Assembly: GCA_024638305.1 (NCBI GenBank)
Contig: JAHEKN010000001.1
Location: forward strand, 5,542 to 69,541
Source of the DNA: Gemmatimonadota bacterium
GTDB lineage: Bacteria; Gemmatimonadota; Gemmatimonadetes; Longimicrobiales; Gaopeijiaceae
Direction of reading: 5' to 3'
Length of the DNA stretch: 64,000 nt
In this document: in pieces, positions 49,748-58,859 of the stretch
Layout: every line of letters begins with the position of its first letter
How positions within the stretch are numbered: the first letter of the stretch is position 1
Notes under the pieces: generated by a model
What the model was told of the DNA's origin: nothing
Seen by the model: the letters and a program-made list of their open reading frames with translations, nothing else
Databases searched by the model: none
Program-made: the position numbers and the translations under genes

Positions 49748-51171
49748 CTCACCACCCCCGTCCGACTCCCCGACCTCTTGGCCTCCAGGGCCGCGATGAT
49801 CTCGCCGCCGACCCGCTCGATCGAGCCCGCGCCCATGGTCAGGCAGAGGTCGCCCGGCTCGAGGCCATCCGCGACCGCTGCGGCCAGGCCATCGAGCGCC
49901 TCGCGGTACCGTATCTGTCCACCCGCCTTCCTCGCCGCTTCCGCCACCAGCTGGCCGGTCACACCTTCGATGGGACGCTCGCGAGCCGGGTAGATCCCGG
50001 TGACCCACGCGACGTCGGCCTCGGCGAGCGCGACTCCGAACTCCTCGTGGAAGTCCCGCGTACGGGAGAAGAGGTGAGGCTGGAACACGGCCACCAGCCG
50101 GCGCTCCGGAAAGGCCGTGCGCGCGGCCCGGAGGGTCGCGGCGACCTCCGTCGGATGATGCGCATAGTCGTCGACCACGTGCACCGCATCGACCACCCCC
50201 ACGGTCTCGAAGCGGCGCCCGACACCGCCGTAGCCGGTAATCCCCTGGCGAATCGCGTCCCAGGACACCCCGAGCGCACGGGCGGCCCCGGCGGCAGCCA
50301 GGGCGTTGCGCACGTTGTGCACGCCGGGCTGCGGCACGAAGAGCTCGCCCCTGGGCTCTCCCCGGTCCCAAACCTGGAATCGGGTTCCGCCGGCATCGGT
50401 CTTCAGGTCGACGGCGCGCAACGCCAGCCCGGGATTGAGCCCGTACGCCACCACCGTTGGACCCGAAACGGACTGGGCGATGCGGGACGACCCGTGGTCG
50501 TCGCCGCACACCAGGACGGTTCCGCCCGGACGAACCCGCGACAGGAACTGGCCGAAGGCGGTGTCGACTCCGGCGAGGTCTCCGTACACGTCCAGGTGGT
50601 CCGCCTCCACGTTGGTGACGATGGCGATGTCCGGCTCCAGCTCCAGGAAGGAGCGGTCGTACTCGTCGGCCTCGACCACGAACAGTCGATCGTCCCCGGC
50701 CAGGTAGTTGCTCTTCCAGCGAGCCACCGTGCCTCCCACGAACGCCGTGGGCCGCTCTCCGGCGGCGGCGAGCAACTCGGCCGCCATCGCCGACGTGGTG
50801 GTCTTTCCGTGGGTCCCTGCCACCGCCACGATGCGCCCCTTCCGCACCCAGGCGCCCAGGGCCGCAGCCCGCTTCACCACCGGGATCTCCCGGCGGCGTG
50901 CCTCGGCGAGCTCGGGGTGGTCGCTGGCCAACGCGGCCGTCACGACCAGGGCGTCCGCCCGCTCGGCGTGCTCGGCCGCATGCCCCACGGCCGTCTCGAT
51001 CCCGAGCGAGCGCAGATGTGCCAGCCGCTCTCCCTCCGCGGCGTCGCAGCCGGTGACGTCGTATCCGGCCGCGCTCACGGCCTCCGCCAGCGCCGACATG
51101 CCTGCGCCGCCGATGCCCACGAAGTGGACGCGCCCCGCGGGGCTCAGACCGCTCAGCCAGGGCTCGCTCAT
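49744..51171 (-). CDS. murC: UDP-N-acetylmuramate--L-alanine ligase
   Basis: RVHFVGIGGAGMSALAEAVSAAGYDVTGCD...VAGTHGKTTTSAM. ATG at 51171 (codon 129 of ORF 49744..51555) gives an ATGA overlap with the murG stop. Confidence 0.92.
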   Translation of the reverse strand: MSEPWLSGLSPAGRVHFVGIGGAGMSALAEAVSAAGYDVTGCDAAEGERLAHLRSLGIETAVGHAAEHAERADALVVTAALASDHPELAEARRREIPVVKRAAALGAWVRKGRIVAVAGTHGKTTTSAMAAELLAAAGERPTAFVGGTVARWKSNYLAGDDRLFVVEADEYDRSFLELEPDIAIVTNVEADHLDVYGDLAGVDTAFGQFLSRVRPGGTVLVCGDDHGSSRIAQSVSGPTVVAYGLNPGLALRAVDLKTDAGGTRFQVWDRGEPRGELFVPQPGVHNVRNALAAAGAARALGVSWDAIRQGITGYGGVGRRFETVGVVDAVHVVDDYAHHPTEVAATLRAARTAFPERRLVAVFQPHLFSRTRDFHEEFGVALAEADVAWVTGIYPARERPIEGVTGQLVAEAARKAGGQIRYREALDGLAAAVADGLEPGDLCLTMGAGSIERVGGEIIAALEAKRSGSRTGVVR

Positions 51172-52328
51172 GGTTCCCTCGGCGGCAGCAGCTCGGCCAT
51201 CCGGGTCGCGATCTCCCGAGCCGCGTGCGGCCTGGCGCGGCCACGGGCCTTCGCGGCCATCTCGGCGAGCCGGTCCACGTTCTCGGTCAGCCCGAGGACG
51301 GCGTCCCACAGGCGCTCCGGCGTGAGGTCCTTCTCGGGCAGATGTATTGCCACACCGGCCTTTTCCAGGACTCGGGCGTTGTGGCTCTGGTGGTCCTCGG
51401 CGGATGTTGGCAACGGCACCAGTATCGCGGGCAGGCCCGCGGCCAGGTACTCGGACGTGGTCATCGCGCCCGCGCGACTGATTGCCAGGTCCGCGGCAGC
51501 TACCGCCGCCTCGACATCGTCCATGTATCCCCGGAGGTGAACCCACGCTGGGCACTCCCCCTCGGCGTCCAGCGCGTTTCGCACGCCTTCCAGGTGGCTG
51601 GGGCCTGTGACCCAGAGGAGGTTCAGGTGGTCGGGACGCTCCAGGGCGCCACGTCGAATCGCGGACACGGCGGCCAGCAGCAAGTCGTTGAGAGCGCGCG
51701 AGCCCTGGCTCCCACCCACCGCGTAGACCACGCTGCCCGCCTCCGGCAATTGCAGCCGGCGTCTGGCTTCCGGCTTGGACAGCGGCTCGAACTCGCGGAT
51801 GGGGTTGCCGGAGTCGTACACGGTGGTGCTGCGGCCCCGACGGAGCTGCCCCTCCGCCTCGGGGAAGGCCAGATGAATTTGCCGGGCCCAGCGGCTCAGG
51901 AGGCGCGTGGTGACCCCGGGATGGCTGTTCTGCTCCTGGAGTACCATGGGAATGCCACCCAGGAGCGCGGCAGCCGCGCCCGGGGCCGCCGCATACCCAC
52001 CGGTCACCGTCACCAGCGCGGGCTCGATCTCCCGGAACCAGGCCCGTGCCTTGCCCGTGGCCCGGGCCAGATCGAGCACCACGCCCAGGTTAGCGAGTCG
52101 CCGGGAGCGGTCCAGCCCGCGCACGGAGAACAGGCGATGAGGGAGGCCACGCTCGGGCAGGACCCGAGCCTCGACGCCCCGCTCCGCTCCCAGAAAGATG
52201 GGCCGCACGTCCGGCCGGATGTGCCCCAGCGATTCCGCGAGCGCGATACTGGGATAGAGGTGCCCGCCGGTTCCACCGCCGGCGAACACGACCACCGGTC
52301 CGCGCTCCACCGCGGCGGCCTCAGGCAC
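51168..52328 (-). CDS. murG: UDP-N-acetylglucosamine--N-acetylmuramyl-(pentapeptide) pyrophosphoryl-undecaprenol GlcNAc transferase
   Basis: VVVFAGGGTGGHLYPSIALAESL...VGGSQGSRALN...AGAMTTSEYLAAGLPAILVP. The start is uncertain: GTG at 52328 overlaps the ftsW stop by 8 nt. GTG at 52310 and the track start at 52394 are alternatives. Confidence 0.88.
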   Translation of the reverse strand: MPEAAAVERGPVVVFAGGGTGGHLYPSIALAESLGHIRPDVRPIFLGAERGVEARVLPERGLPHRLFSVRGLDRSRRLANLGVVLDLARATGKARAWFREIEPALVTVTGGYAAAPGAAAALLGGIPMVLQEQNSHPGVTTRLLSRWARQIHLAFPEAEGQLRRGRSTTVYDSGNPIREFEPLSKPEARRRLQLPEAGSVVYAVGGSQGSRALNDLLLAAVSAIRRGALERPDHLNLLWVTGPSHLEGVRNALDAEGECPAWVHLRGYMDDVEAAVAAADLAISRAGAMTTSEYLAAGLPAILVPLPTSAEDHQSHNARVLEKAGVAIHLPEKDLTPERLWDAVLGLTENVDRLAEMAAKARGRARPHAAREIATRMAELLPPREP

Positions 52329-53514
52329 GGGCCCGTCGCCTGCCGCCGCGGCGCTCGGGGCGCGATGCAGCCCGCGCGACCGAGACCAGCACACCCACGG
52401 CGGCCAGGGTCACCACCAGGTTGGAGCGACCGAAGGAGATGAGCGGCAATGGCAGCCCGGTGGTGGGCGCCAGCCCCAGGCCGACGAACATGTGGAGCAG
52501 CGCGTGGACGGCGATCAGGCTCGAGAATCCGATTGCGAGCAGCTCGCCGAACATGTCGGGGGCCCGCCGCGCGATGCGGAATCCCACGAGCACCAGTGAA
52601 ACGTAGAGCAGCACCAGGCCGGCCACGCCCAGAAACCCCCACTCCTCACCGATCATCGAGAACATGAAATCGGTATGCGGCTCGGGCAGGAAGCCGAACT
52701 TCTGCCGGCCCTGTGCGAAGCCCTCGCCGGTGAGGCCGCCGGAGCCGATCGAGATCAGCGACTGCTTGATCTGGAAGCCGGCGCCGGAGGGGTCGGCCAT
52801 GGGATCGATCCAGGCCTTGATCCGGTCGCCCCGGAACCCCACTCCGAGCTGGGCGATCAGCACGGGCATGGCCAGCAGCCCGAGAAACAGGAAGTGAGCG
52901 ATGCGGGCGCCCGCCGCGAAGGCCACGATCGCACCCAGGAGACCGATCAGGACGGCCATGGACAGATCGGGCTCCAGGGCGGTCGGCACCAGCACGGCCC
53001 CCCAGACCAACAGGAAGGGCATGAGGCCCCGGGACAGGCTCTGGAAGTGCTCCTGCTTGCGGAGCGCCATGCCCGCCGTCCACACGATGATCGCGAACTT
53101 GGCGATCTCGGAGGGCTGCACGCTCACGCCGAAGAGTCGGAGCCAGCGGCGCGCACCGTTGATTCGGGGCGCGATGGGCTCCGTGCCGGGAAGGACGATC
53201 AGCACCAGCAGGAAGATCGACATCCCCATCAGGGGCCAGGCAAGCCGCCGCCAGAGGCGGTAGGGAATGCCCGCACACACCACCAGCGCGAGGAGGCCGA
53301 CCGCGGCCGCGCTCGCCTGGCGGAGCACGTAGATGTAGTCCGGGTCGCCGCTCCGCTGCGCGAGCAGCGAGCTCGTGGAGTAGAGGGTGAGCAACCCGAA
53401 CGAGAGGAGGAGCACCGTGACGCCCAGGAGCGCGGCCGATTCCCATCCGCGCCCGAGCCCCACGTCGGGGTAGCGGACGGGGCCGGCGGTGGCGATCTCG
53501 ACCGGGGGCGCCAT
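52321..53514 (-). CDS. ftsW: Peptidoglycan glycosyltransferase / lipid II flippase candidate FtsW (SEDS family)
   Basis: About 10 TM segments. SEDS motifs: QPSEIAKFAIIVW, PEPHTDFMFSMIGEEWGFLG, GLPLPLISFGRSN. Its start overlaps the murD stop by 1 nt. Confidence 0.88.
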   Translation of the reverse strand: MAPPVEIATAGPVRYPDVGLGRGWESAALLGVTVLLLSFGLLTLYSTSSLLAQRSGDPDYIYVLRQASAAAVGLLALVVCAGIPYRLWRRLAWPLMGMSIFLLVLIVLPGTEPIAPRINGARRWLRLFGVSVQPSEIAKFAIIVWTAGMALRKQEHFQSLSRGLMPFLLVWGAVLVPTALEPDLSMAVLIGLLGAIVAFAAGARIAHFLFLGLLAMPVLIAQLGVGFRGDRIKAWIDPMADPSGAGFQIKQSLISIGSGGLTGEGFAQGRQKFGFLPEPHTDFMFSMIGEEWGFLGVAGLVLLYVSLVLVGFRIARRAPDMFGELLAIGFSSLIAVHALLHMFVGLGLAPTTGLPLPLISFGRSNLVVTLAAVGVLVSVARAASRPERRGGRRRARA

Positions 53515-54893
53515 CAGTGCGTCCGTCCCGTGAGCTTGTGCACGAGGGCGACGAAGGCCTCGCCCCTCTGCTCGTATCCGGAGAACATGTCGAAGCTGGC
53601 CGTGCCCGGGCTGAGCAAGACGATGTCGCCCGGCTTGGCCAGCCCGTGGGCGGCCGAGACGACGGACTCGAAGCCCCCGCTCACCCGACGAACGGGGGTC
53701 CCACCGGCGAGCTCGCGCTCCAGGCGTTTCGCCACCTCGCCGTACAGCACGGCGGCGCGGGCCTTCGCTCGCAGGGCGGAGCGGAGGGGATGGAAGGATT
53801 CACCTTTGTCGACCCCACCGAGCAGGACGACCATCGGACGATCCAGGCTCTGGAGCGCGGAGAGGGTGGCAGCGACGTTGGTGGCCTTGGAGTCGTTGAC
53901 CCAGAGAATTCCTTCGGCCTCGAGGACACGCTCGAGCCGGTGCGGGAGCGGCGTGAACGTGCGCAGGCCCTCACCGAGGGCGTCCACGCCCGCCCCGGCC
54001 AGCGCGGCCGTCAGGAGCGCGGCCAGCGCGTTGTCGACGTTGTGCCTGCCGAGGAGCGGCACGTCGCTCCTCTCCAGCACGCCACGGGGCTCGTCCAGGT
54101 AGAGGGTCAACGTGGATCCGTCGAGGTAGGAGCCACGGTGCCCGGTCCCCGTCGAGTCGAAGTGAAGGCGCTCGCCCGGCACACCGGCGCTCAGGCGCTC
54201 GGCCTCTTCCGACAGCGGCAGGACCCAACGGGACCCCCGATCGGCGTTCTTGAAGAGGTTGGCCTTGTCCGCGTAGTACTCCTCGACCGTCTCGTACCGG
54301 TCCAGGTGGTCGGGCGCGAGGTTGGTGAGCACGCCGATGTCCGGGCGGAACGTCTCCACGTCGGCCAACTGGAACGAGCTCACCTCGAGGACGAACCAGT
54401 CCGGCGGGGGTTCCGCCATGGCCAGCAGGGACGCCGCCGGCCCGTAGCGCGCTCCGATGTTGCCACCGAGCGCCACCCGAGTGCCTCCCGTTCGCATCAG
54501 ATGCGCCGTCAGGGCAGCCGTGGTCGTCTTCCCGTTGGTTCCCGTGACCGCGATCAGTGGAGCGCGGAGGAACCGAAAGGCGAACTCAAGCTCCGATATC
54601 CAACGGACGCTCCGAGCACGCAGGCCGGCAAGGAGAGGCACGTCCGGGGGGATACCCGGGCTGACAACAACCACATCCGCCGCCGCAATGCGGCGCTCGT
54701 CGTGTCGTCCCACGTCGACGTCGACTCCGATGGCCCGGAGCCCATCTCCACGAGTGCGAGTCTTGGCGTCGGACCGTAGATCCGAGACATAGGTCTTCCC
54801 TCCTTTCGCTGAGGAGAGGCGGGCCGCTGCGGCTCCGCTCTCTCCCAGGCCAACGACGGCCACGTGTGTACCGTCAAGTCGCTCCTCCCTCAT
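53514..54893 (-). CDS. murD: UDP-N-acetylmuramoylalanine--D-glutamate ligase
   Basis: ATG at 54893 (codon 113 of ORF 53514..55229) gives VAVVGLGESGAAAARL...VTGTNGKTTTAALTAHL. ATGA overlap with the mraY stop. Confidence 0.9.
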   Translation of the reverse strand: MREERLDGTHVAVVGLGESGAAAARLSSAKGGKTYVSDLRSDAKTRTRGDGLRAIGVDVDVGRHDERRIAAADVVVVSPGIPPDVPLLAGLRARSVRWISELEFAFRFLRAPLIAVTGTNGKTTTAALTAHLMRTGGTRVALGGNIGARYGPAASLLAMAEPPPDWFVLEVSSFQLADVETFRPDIGVLTNLAPDHLDRYETVEEYYADKANLFKNADRGSRWVLPLSEEAERLSAGVPGERLHFDSTGTGHRGSYLDGSTLTLYLDEPRGVLERSDVPLLGRHNVDNALAALLTAALAGAGVDALGEGLRTFTPLPHRLERVLEAEGILWVNDSKATNVAATLSALQSLDRPMVVLLGGVDKGESFHPLRSALRAKARAAVLYGEVAKRLERELAGGTPVRRVSGGFESVVSAAHGLAKPGDIVLLSPGTASFDMFSGYEQRGEAFVALVHKLTGRTH

Positions 54894-55996
54894 CGGATCT
54901 TCAGCGTGCTGAACGCGAGCATCGCGCAAAGCACGCCGAGGATCCAAAACCGGATGACCACCTGGCTCTCCGGCCATCCTTTCTTCTCGAAGTGGTGGTG
55001 GATCGGAGCCATCAAGAAGACTCTCCGACCCTCGCCAAAGCGTCGTTTCGTGTAGGCGAAGTAGCCGCGCTGCACGATCACGGAGGCGCCTTCGACCACG
55101 AAGACTCCGCCGACGATCATCAGCAGGAACTCGGTCTTCAGCAGCACCGCCACCGTCCCGATGGCCCCTCCCAGGGCGAGCGAGCCGGTGTCGCCCATGA
55201 AGACGCTCGCCGGGTGGGCGTTGAACCACAGGAATCCGATGGCGGCGCCGGCCAGGGCCACGGCGAAGATCGTCAGCTCACCGGCGCCGGGCAGATAGAA
55301 CAGGCCGAGATAGGCCGATAAGTCCACGCGTCCGATGACGTAGGCGAAAACGCCGAATACCACGGCGGCGATGGCGGTCAGCCCGGCGGCCAGACCGTCC
55401 AGACCGTCCGCGAGGTTGACCGTGTTCGACGTGCCGGCCAGCACGACCACAACGAACAGGACGTACGCCGGAGCGAAGAACCGGAGCTGGAGGTCCGCGA
55501 AGAATGGGACCATCGTCGCGGTGGGATCGACCGGCCAGATGGGCTGCTCGATGAGGAAGATCCCGAGCGCCAGACCGAACGTGCACTGCCCCACCAGCTT
55601 GTAGCGTCCGATCAAGCCATCGGGCTTCCCCTTCACGACTTTCAAGTAGTCGTCCAGGAACCCCAGGATGCCCATCCAGAGAAACGCGGCGAGCGCCACC
55701 AAGGTGAACGGGTTCGTGAGGTCGGCCCAGAGCACCGTGGAGATGGTGGCGGAAAGCAGGATGAGCGCGCCGCCCATGGTGGGTGTGCCGGCCTTGCTCT
55801 TGTGGGATGCGGGGCCGAGGTCCCGCACCACCTCGCCGACGCGGAGCCGCCGGAGGCGCCGGATGGTCGCGGGCCCCAGCAGGAAGGCCAACAGCAGGGC
55901 CGTGACTACGGCGCCGGCTGCCCGAAACGTGATGTAACGGAAGACGTTGAATACGAAGTGCACGTCCGCGAGCTGGGGAAGCAGGTGATAGAGCAT
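54890..55996 (-). CDS. mraY: Phospho-N-acetylmuramoyl-pentapeptide transferase
   Basis: HKSKAGTPTMGG...NTVNLADGLDGLAAG...FMGDTGSLALGG...APIHHHFE. Confidence 0.95.
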   Translation of the reverse strand: MLYHLLPQLADVHFVFNVFRYITFRAAGAVVTALLLAFLLGPATIRRLRRLRVGEVVRDLGPASHKSKAGTPTMGGALILLSATISTVLWADLTNPFTLVALAAFLWMGILGFLDDYLKVVKGKPDGLIGRYKLVGQCTFGLALGIFLIEQPIWPVDPTATMVPFFADLQLRFFAPAYVLFVVVVLAGTSNTVNLADGLDGLAAGLTAIAAVVFGVFAYVIGRVDLSAYLGLFYLPGAGELTIFAVALAGAAIGFLWFNAHPASVFMGDTGSLALGGAIGTVAVLLKTEFLLMIVGGVFVVEGASVIVQRGYFAYTKRRFGEGRRVFLMAPIHHHFEKKGWPESQVVIRFWILGVLCAMLAFSTLKIR

Positions 55997-57393
55997 CAGC
56001 CCACCCCCTCGCCAGCGGCGGCCCCGAAACGCTCCTCGAGACGGGGGATCACGCGCTCTAGACGGACGCCTCGGGAAGCCTTGAGGAGCACAGCCTCGTC
56101 TCCGATGAGCTCCGCGGAGAGCGCATTCGCCAGGTCCTCGACGTCGGGCACGACTCGAAAGCGTGGGTCCTGCAGATCGCGGGCGACCGCGGCGAACTCA
56201 CCCGTGAGATAGAAGCGATCCACGGTGAGGCCGCGAAGTCCTGCGAGCGTCTCGGTGTGCAGTCGCTTCGAGCTCGTCCCCAGCTCGAGCATCGTTCCCA
56301 GCACGGCGACTCTCCCACCGGGCTGGTGGAGCTCCTCGAGCAGCTCGCCCGCGGCGCGGACGCTCTGCGGGCTGGCGTTGTAGCAGTCGACCAGCAGCAC
56401 GAGGCTGCCCAGGTGGCGCACCTCCCCACGCATCGCCCCCGGCGCCACCCGGGCAACACCCTCGATCGCCGCACCCGTCTCGACACCCAGCGCCGCGGCC
56501 ACGCCCAGGGCCAGCGCCGCCGCCGTAACCGTCGTTCGTCCCGGGATCGCGAGCTCGACCGTCCGCCCCCGCCAGAGGAAGGAGAAGCGGCCGTCCGCGG
56601 AGGCCGCCAGCCGCTCGGCACGCAGGTCGGGATCCGCAGCCTCCGTCACACCGGCCACGCGCACCCGCCGTCCGGTGGCTCGCGCCGCCTCCGCCAACGT
56701 GGGAGGGTCGTCGCCAACCAGCGCGAGCCCGTCCTCCGCGAGGCCTCGGACGAGATCCATCTTCTCGTTCAGCACTCCAGCCAACGAGCCGAGCTTCTCC
56801 AGATGGGCTTCGCTCACGGTCGTCAGGACCCCGACGTCGGGCTCGGCAATCCGAGTGAGCTCGGCGATCTCGCCGGGCTCGTTGGTCCCCATCTCCAGAA
56901 TCAGCGCTTCGGTGTCGGGGGGCGCCGCAAAGACCGTGAGCGGGAGACCGACGCGGTTGTTGAAGTTCCCCGCCGTTGCGTGTGTGCGCAGCGACTCGGT
57001 GAGCGCACCCTGCGTGAGGTCCTTGGTCGTCGTCTTCCCCACCGAGCCGGTGATGCCGACGACGCGTGCAGCGAGCGAGCGTCTCCTGTGATTCGCGAGC
57101 CGCCCGAGCGCCAGCAGCGTGTCGTCGACCAGGTAGAGCGGTACGCTCACCGGGAGCGGGGCGGCCGGCCTCCTCGCCACGACCACGCCACCCGCGCCGG
57201 CCGCCACCGCTTCCGAGAGAAAATCGTGACCGTCGAACCGCTCGCCGCGGAGCGCCACGAACAGGTCACCCGGCTCGATGGCACGGCTGTCGGTCCGCAC
57301 GCGGGCATACTCGGAGCGCTCGGGCGAGACGCCCCCGACCGGCGGACCCAACACGGTCTCCACCTCGGCGATCGTCCACGCACGGGTCGTCAC
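55996..57393 (-). CDS. murF: UDP-N-acetylmuramoyl-tripeptide--D-alanyl-D-alanine ligase
   Basis: DSRAIEPGDLFVALRGERFDGHDFL...ITGSVGKTTTKD...DCYNASPQS. The GTG start overlaps the murE stop (GTGA). Its stop overlaps the mraY start by 1 nt. Confidence 0.92.
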   Translation of the reverse strand: MTTRAWTIAEVETVLGPPVGGVSPERSEYARVRTDSRAIEPGDLFVALRGERFDGHDFLSEAVAAGAGGVVVARRPAAPLPVSVPLYLVDDTLLALGRLANHRRRSLAARVVGITGSVGKTTTKDLTQGALTESLRTHATAGNFNNRVGLPLTVFAAPPDTEALILEMGTNEPGEIAELTRIAEPDVGVLTTVSEAHLEKLGSLAGVLNEKMDLVRGLAEDGLALVGDDPPTLAEAARATGRRVRVAGVTEAADPDLRAERLAASADGRFSFLWRGRTVELAIPGRTTVTAAALALGVAAALGVETGAAIEGVARVAPGAMRGEVRHLGSLVLLVDCYNASPQSVRAAGELLEELHQPGGRVAVLGTMLELGTSSKRLHTETLAGLRGLTVDRFYLTGEFAAVARDLQDPRFRVVPDVEDLANALSAELIGDEAVLLKASRGVRLERVIPRLEERFGAAAGEGVG

Positions 57394-58859
57394 GCGGCTC
57401 GCTCCTCGAGCCAGTCGCGGACGATCTCGCGCTCGTCGAATGGGCGCTTCTCGGTGCCCAGGACCTGGTACGTCTCGTGTCCCTTCCCTGCCAAAACCAC
57501 CACGTCGTCAGGTCGGGCGAGGTCCAATGCCTCGCGGACCGCGCTCCGACGGTCGGCGATGCGGAGGAAGTCGTGCCCCGTCAGGCCGGGTACGATCTCG
57601 TCGATGATGGCCTCCGGATCCTCCGTGCGGGGGTTGTCCGAGGTCACGACCACGACATCCGCGCCCTCGGCGGCCGCCCGTCCCATGAGAGGGCGCTTCT
57701 TGCGATCGCGGTCACCCCCGGCACCGAACACCGCGATCACGCGTCCCTTCGCCAGTGGCCGCACCACCTGCAACGCCCGCCGGAGCGCATCGGGGGTGTG
57801 CGCGTAATCGATCAGCACCGTGAACGGCGTCCCGGGCACCCGCTCCAGACGGCCGGGCACCTGCGGCGCGCCCTGCAAACGCATGGCGATGTCCCTCAGG
57901 CCGCGCCCAGCAGCCAGCGCCGCCCCGGTGGCCGCGAGCGCGTTTTCCACGTTGAACGCACCGACGAGGGGAAGGTCGACCTGGACGCGCGTGCCTTCGT
58001 GCTCGATGGCGAAGTTGGTGCTCTCGGACCCGACCCGGACTTCGCTCGCCCGGAGGTCGGCGCTCCCAGTCGTCGAGAACGTCGTCGTGCCTGCCGGCCC
58101 GCGGAGCCCCTCCCACGCGCGATCGTCCTGGTTCACGATCGCGATGCCGGACGGCTTGAGCAGGGTCACCAGGCTCCGCTTGGCGGCCACGTAGGATGGC
58201 ATGTCCCCGTGATAGTCCAGGTGATCCTGCGTCACGTTCGTGAACACCGCGGCGTCGAAGCGGACGCCGTGGAGGCGGTACTGGGCGAGCGCATGGGAAG
58301 AGGCCTCGACCGTCACGGAGCGCGCGCCCCGGCCACGCAGATCCGCGAGCCAAGCGGCCACGTCCACCGGGCCCGGTGTGGTGATGTCTTCCGTCCCGGG
58401 GCGCACAGTGCCGTCGGGATCTGTGAGGCCCAGTGTCCCGATCGTTGCGGCAGGCCCCTCCTCGGCCAGCAGCCACCGGGTGAGGATGGCCGTCGTGGTC
58501 TTGCCGTTGGTTCCCGTGATCGCGGTCATCCACAGGTCCCGCCACGGCGATCCATGCACCAGGTCGGCGGCCAACGCGGCCGCTGCCCGACCGCTCACGA
58601 CCTGGATCTGTGGGATCGCGACATCGGCGCGGGGCCGCTCGACGAGCGCCGCGACGGCACCGGCCGCCGCCGCGTCCGCGAGAAAGGCGTGCGCGTCGTG
58701 CGCCTCGCCTCGCCACGCCAGGAAGAGGTCCCCGGGCCCGACCTTGCGAGAATCCTGGGACACGCCCGACACGCGCACGTCGGGTACCTCGCCGGCTCCG
58801 ACTCGGAGATCGGCGGCTTCCAGTTCGTGCGCGAGCGTCCGGAGGGAAAGGACGCTCAC
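57390..58859 (-). CDS. murE: UDP-N-acetylmuramoyl-L-alanyl-D-glutamate--2,6-diaminopimelate ligase
   Basis: SQDSRKVGPGDLFLAWRGEAHDAHAF...ITGTNGKTTTA...DYAHTPDAL...DNPRTEDP. GTG at 58859 gives a GTGA overlap with the ftsI stop. ATG at 58907 is the alternative. Confidence 0.9.
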   Translation of the reverse strand: MSVLSLRTLAHELEAADLRVGAGEVPDVRVSGVSQDSRKVGPGDLFLAWRGEAHDAHAFLADAAAAGAVAALVERPRADVAIPQIQVVSGRAAAALAADLVHGSPWRDLWMTAITGTNGKTTTAILTRWLLAEEGPAATIGTLGLTDPDGTVRPGTEDITTPGPVDVAAWLADLRGRGARSVTVEASSHALAQYRLHGVRFDAAVFTNVTQDHLDYHGDMPSYVAAKRSLVTLLKPSGIAIVNQDDRAWEGLRGPAGTTTFSTTGSADLRASEVRVGSESTNFAIEHEGTRVQVDLPLVGAFNVENALAATGAALAAGRGLRDIAMRLQGAPQVPGRLERVPGTPFTVLIDYAHTPDALRRALQVVRPLAKGRVIAVFGAGGDRDRKKRPLMGRAAAEGADVVVVTSDNPRTEDPEAIIDEIVPGLTGHDFLRIADRRSAVREALDLARPDDVVVLAGKGHETYQVLGTEKRPFDEREIVRDWLEERAA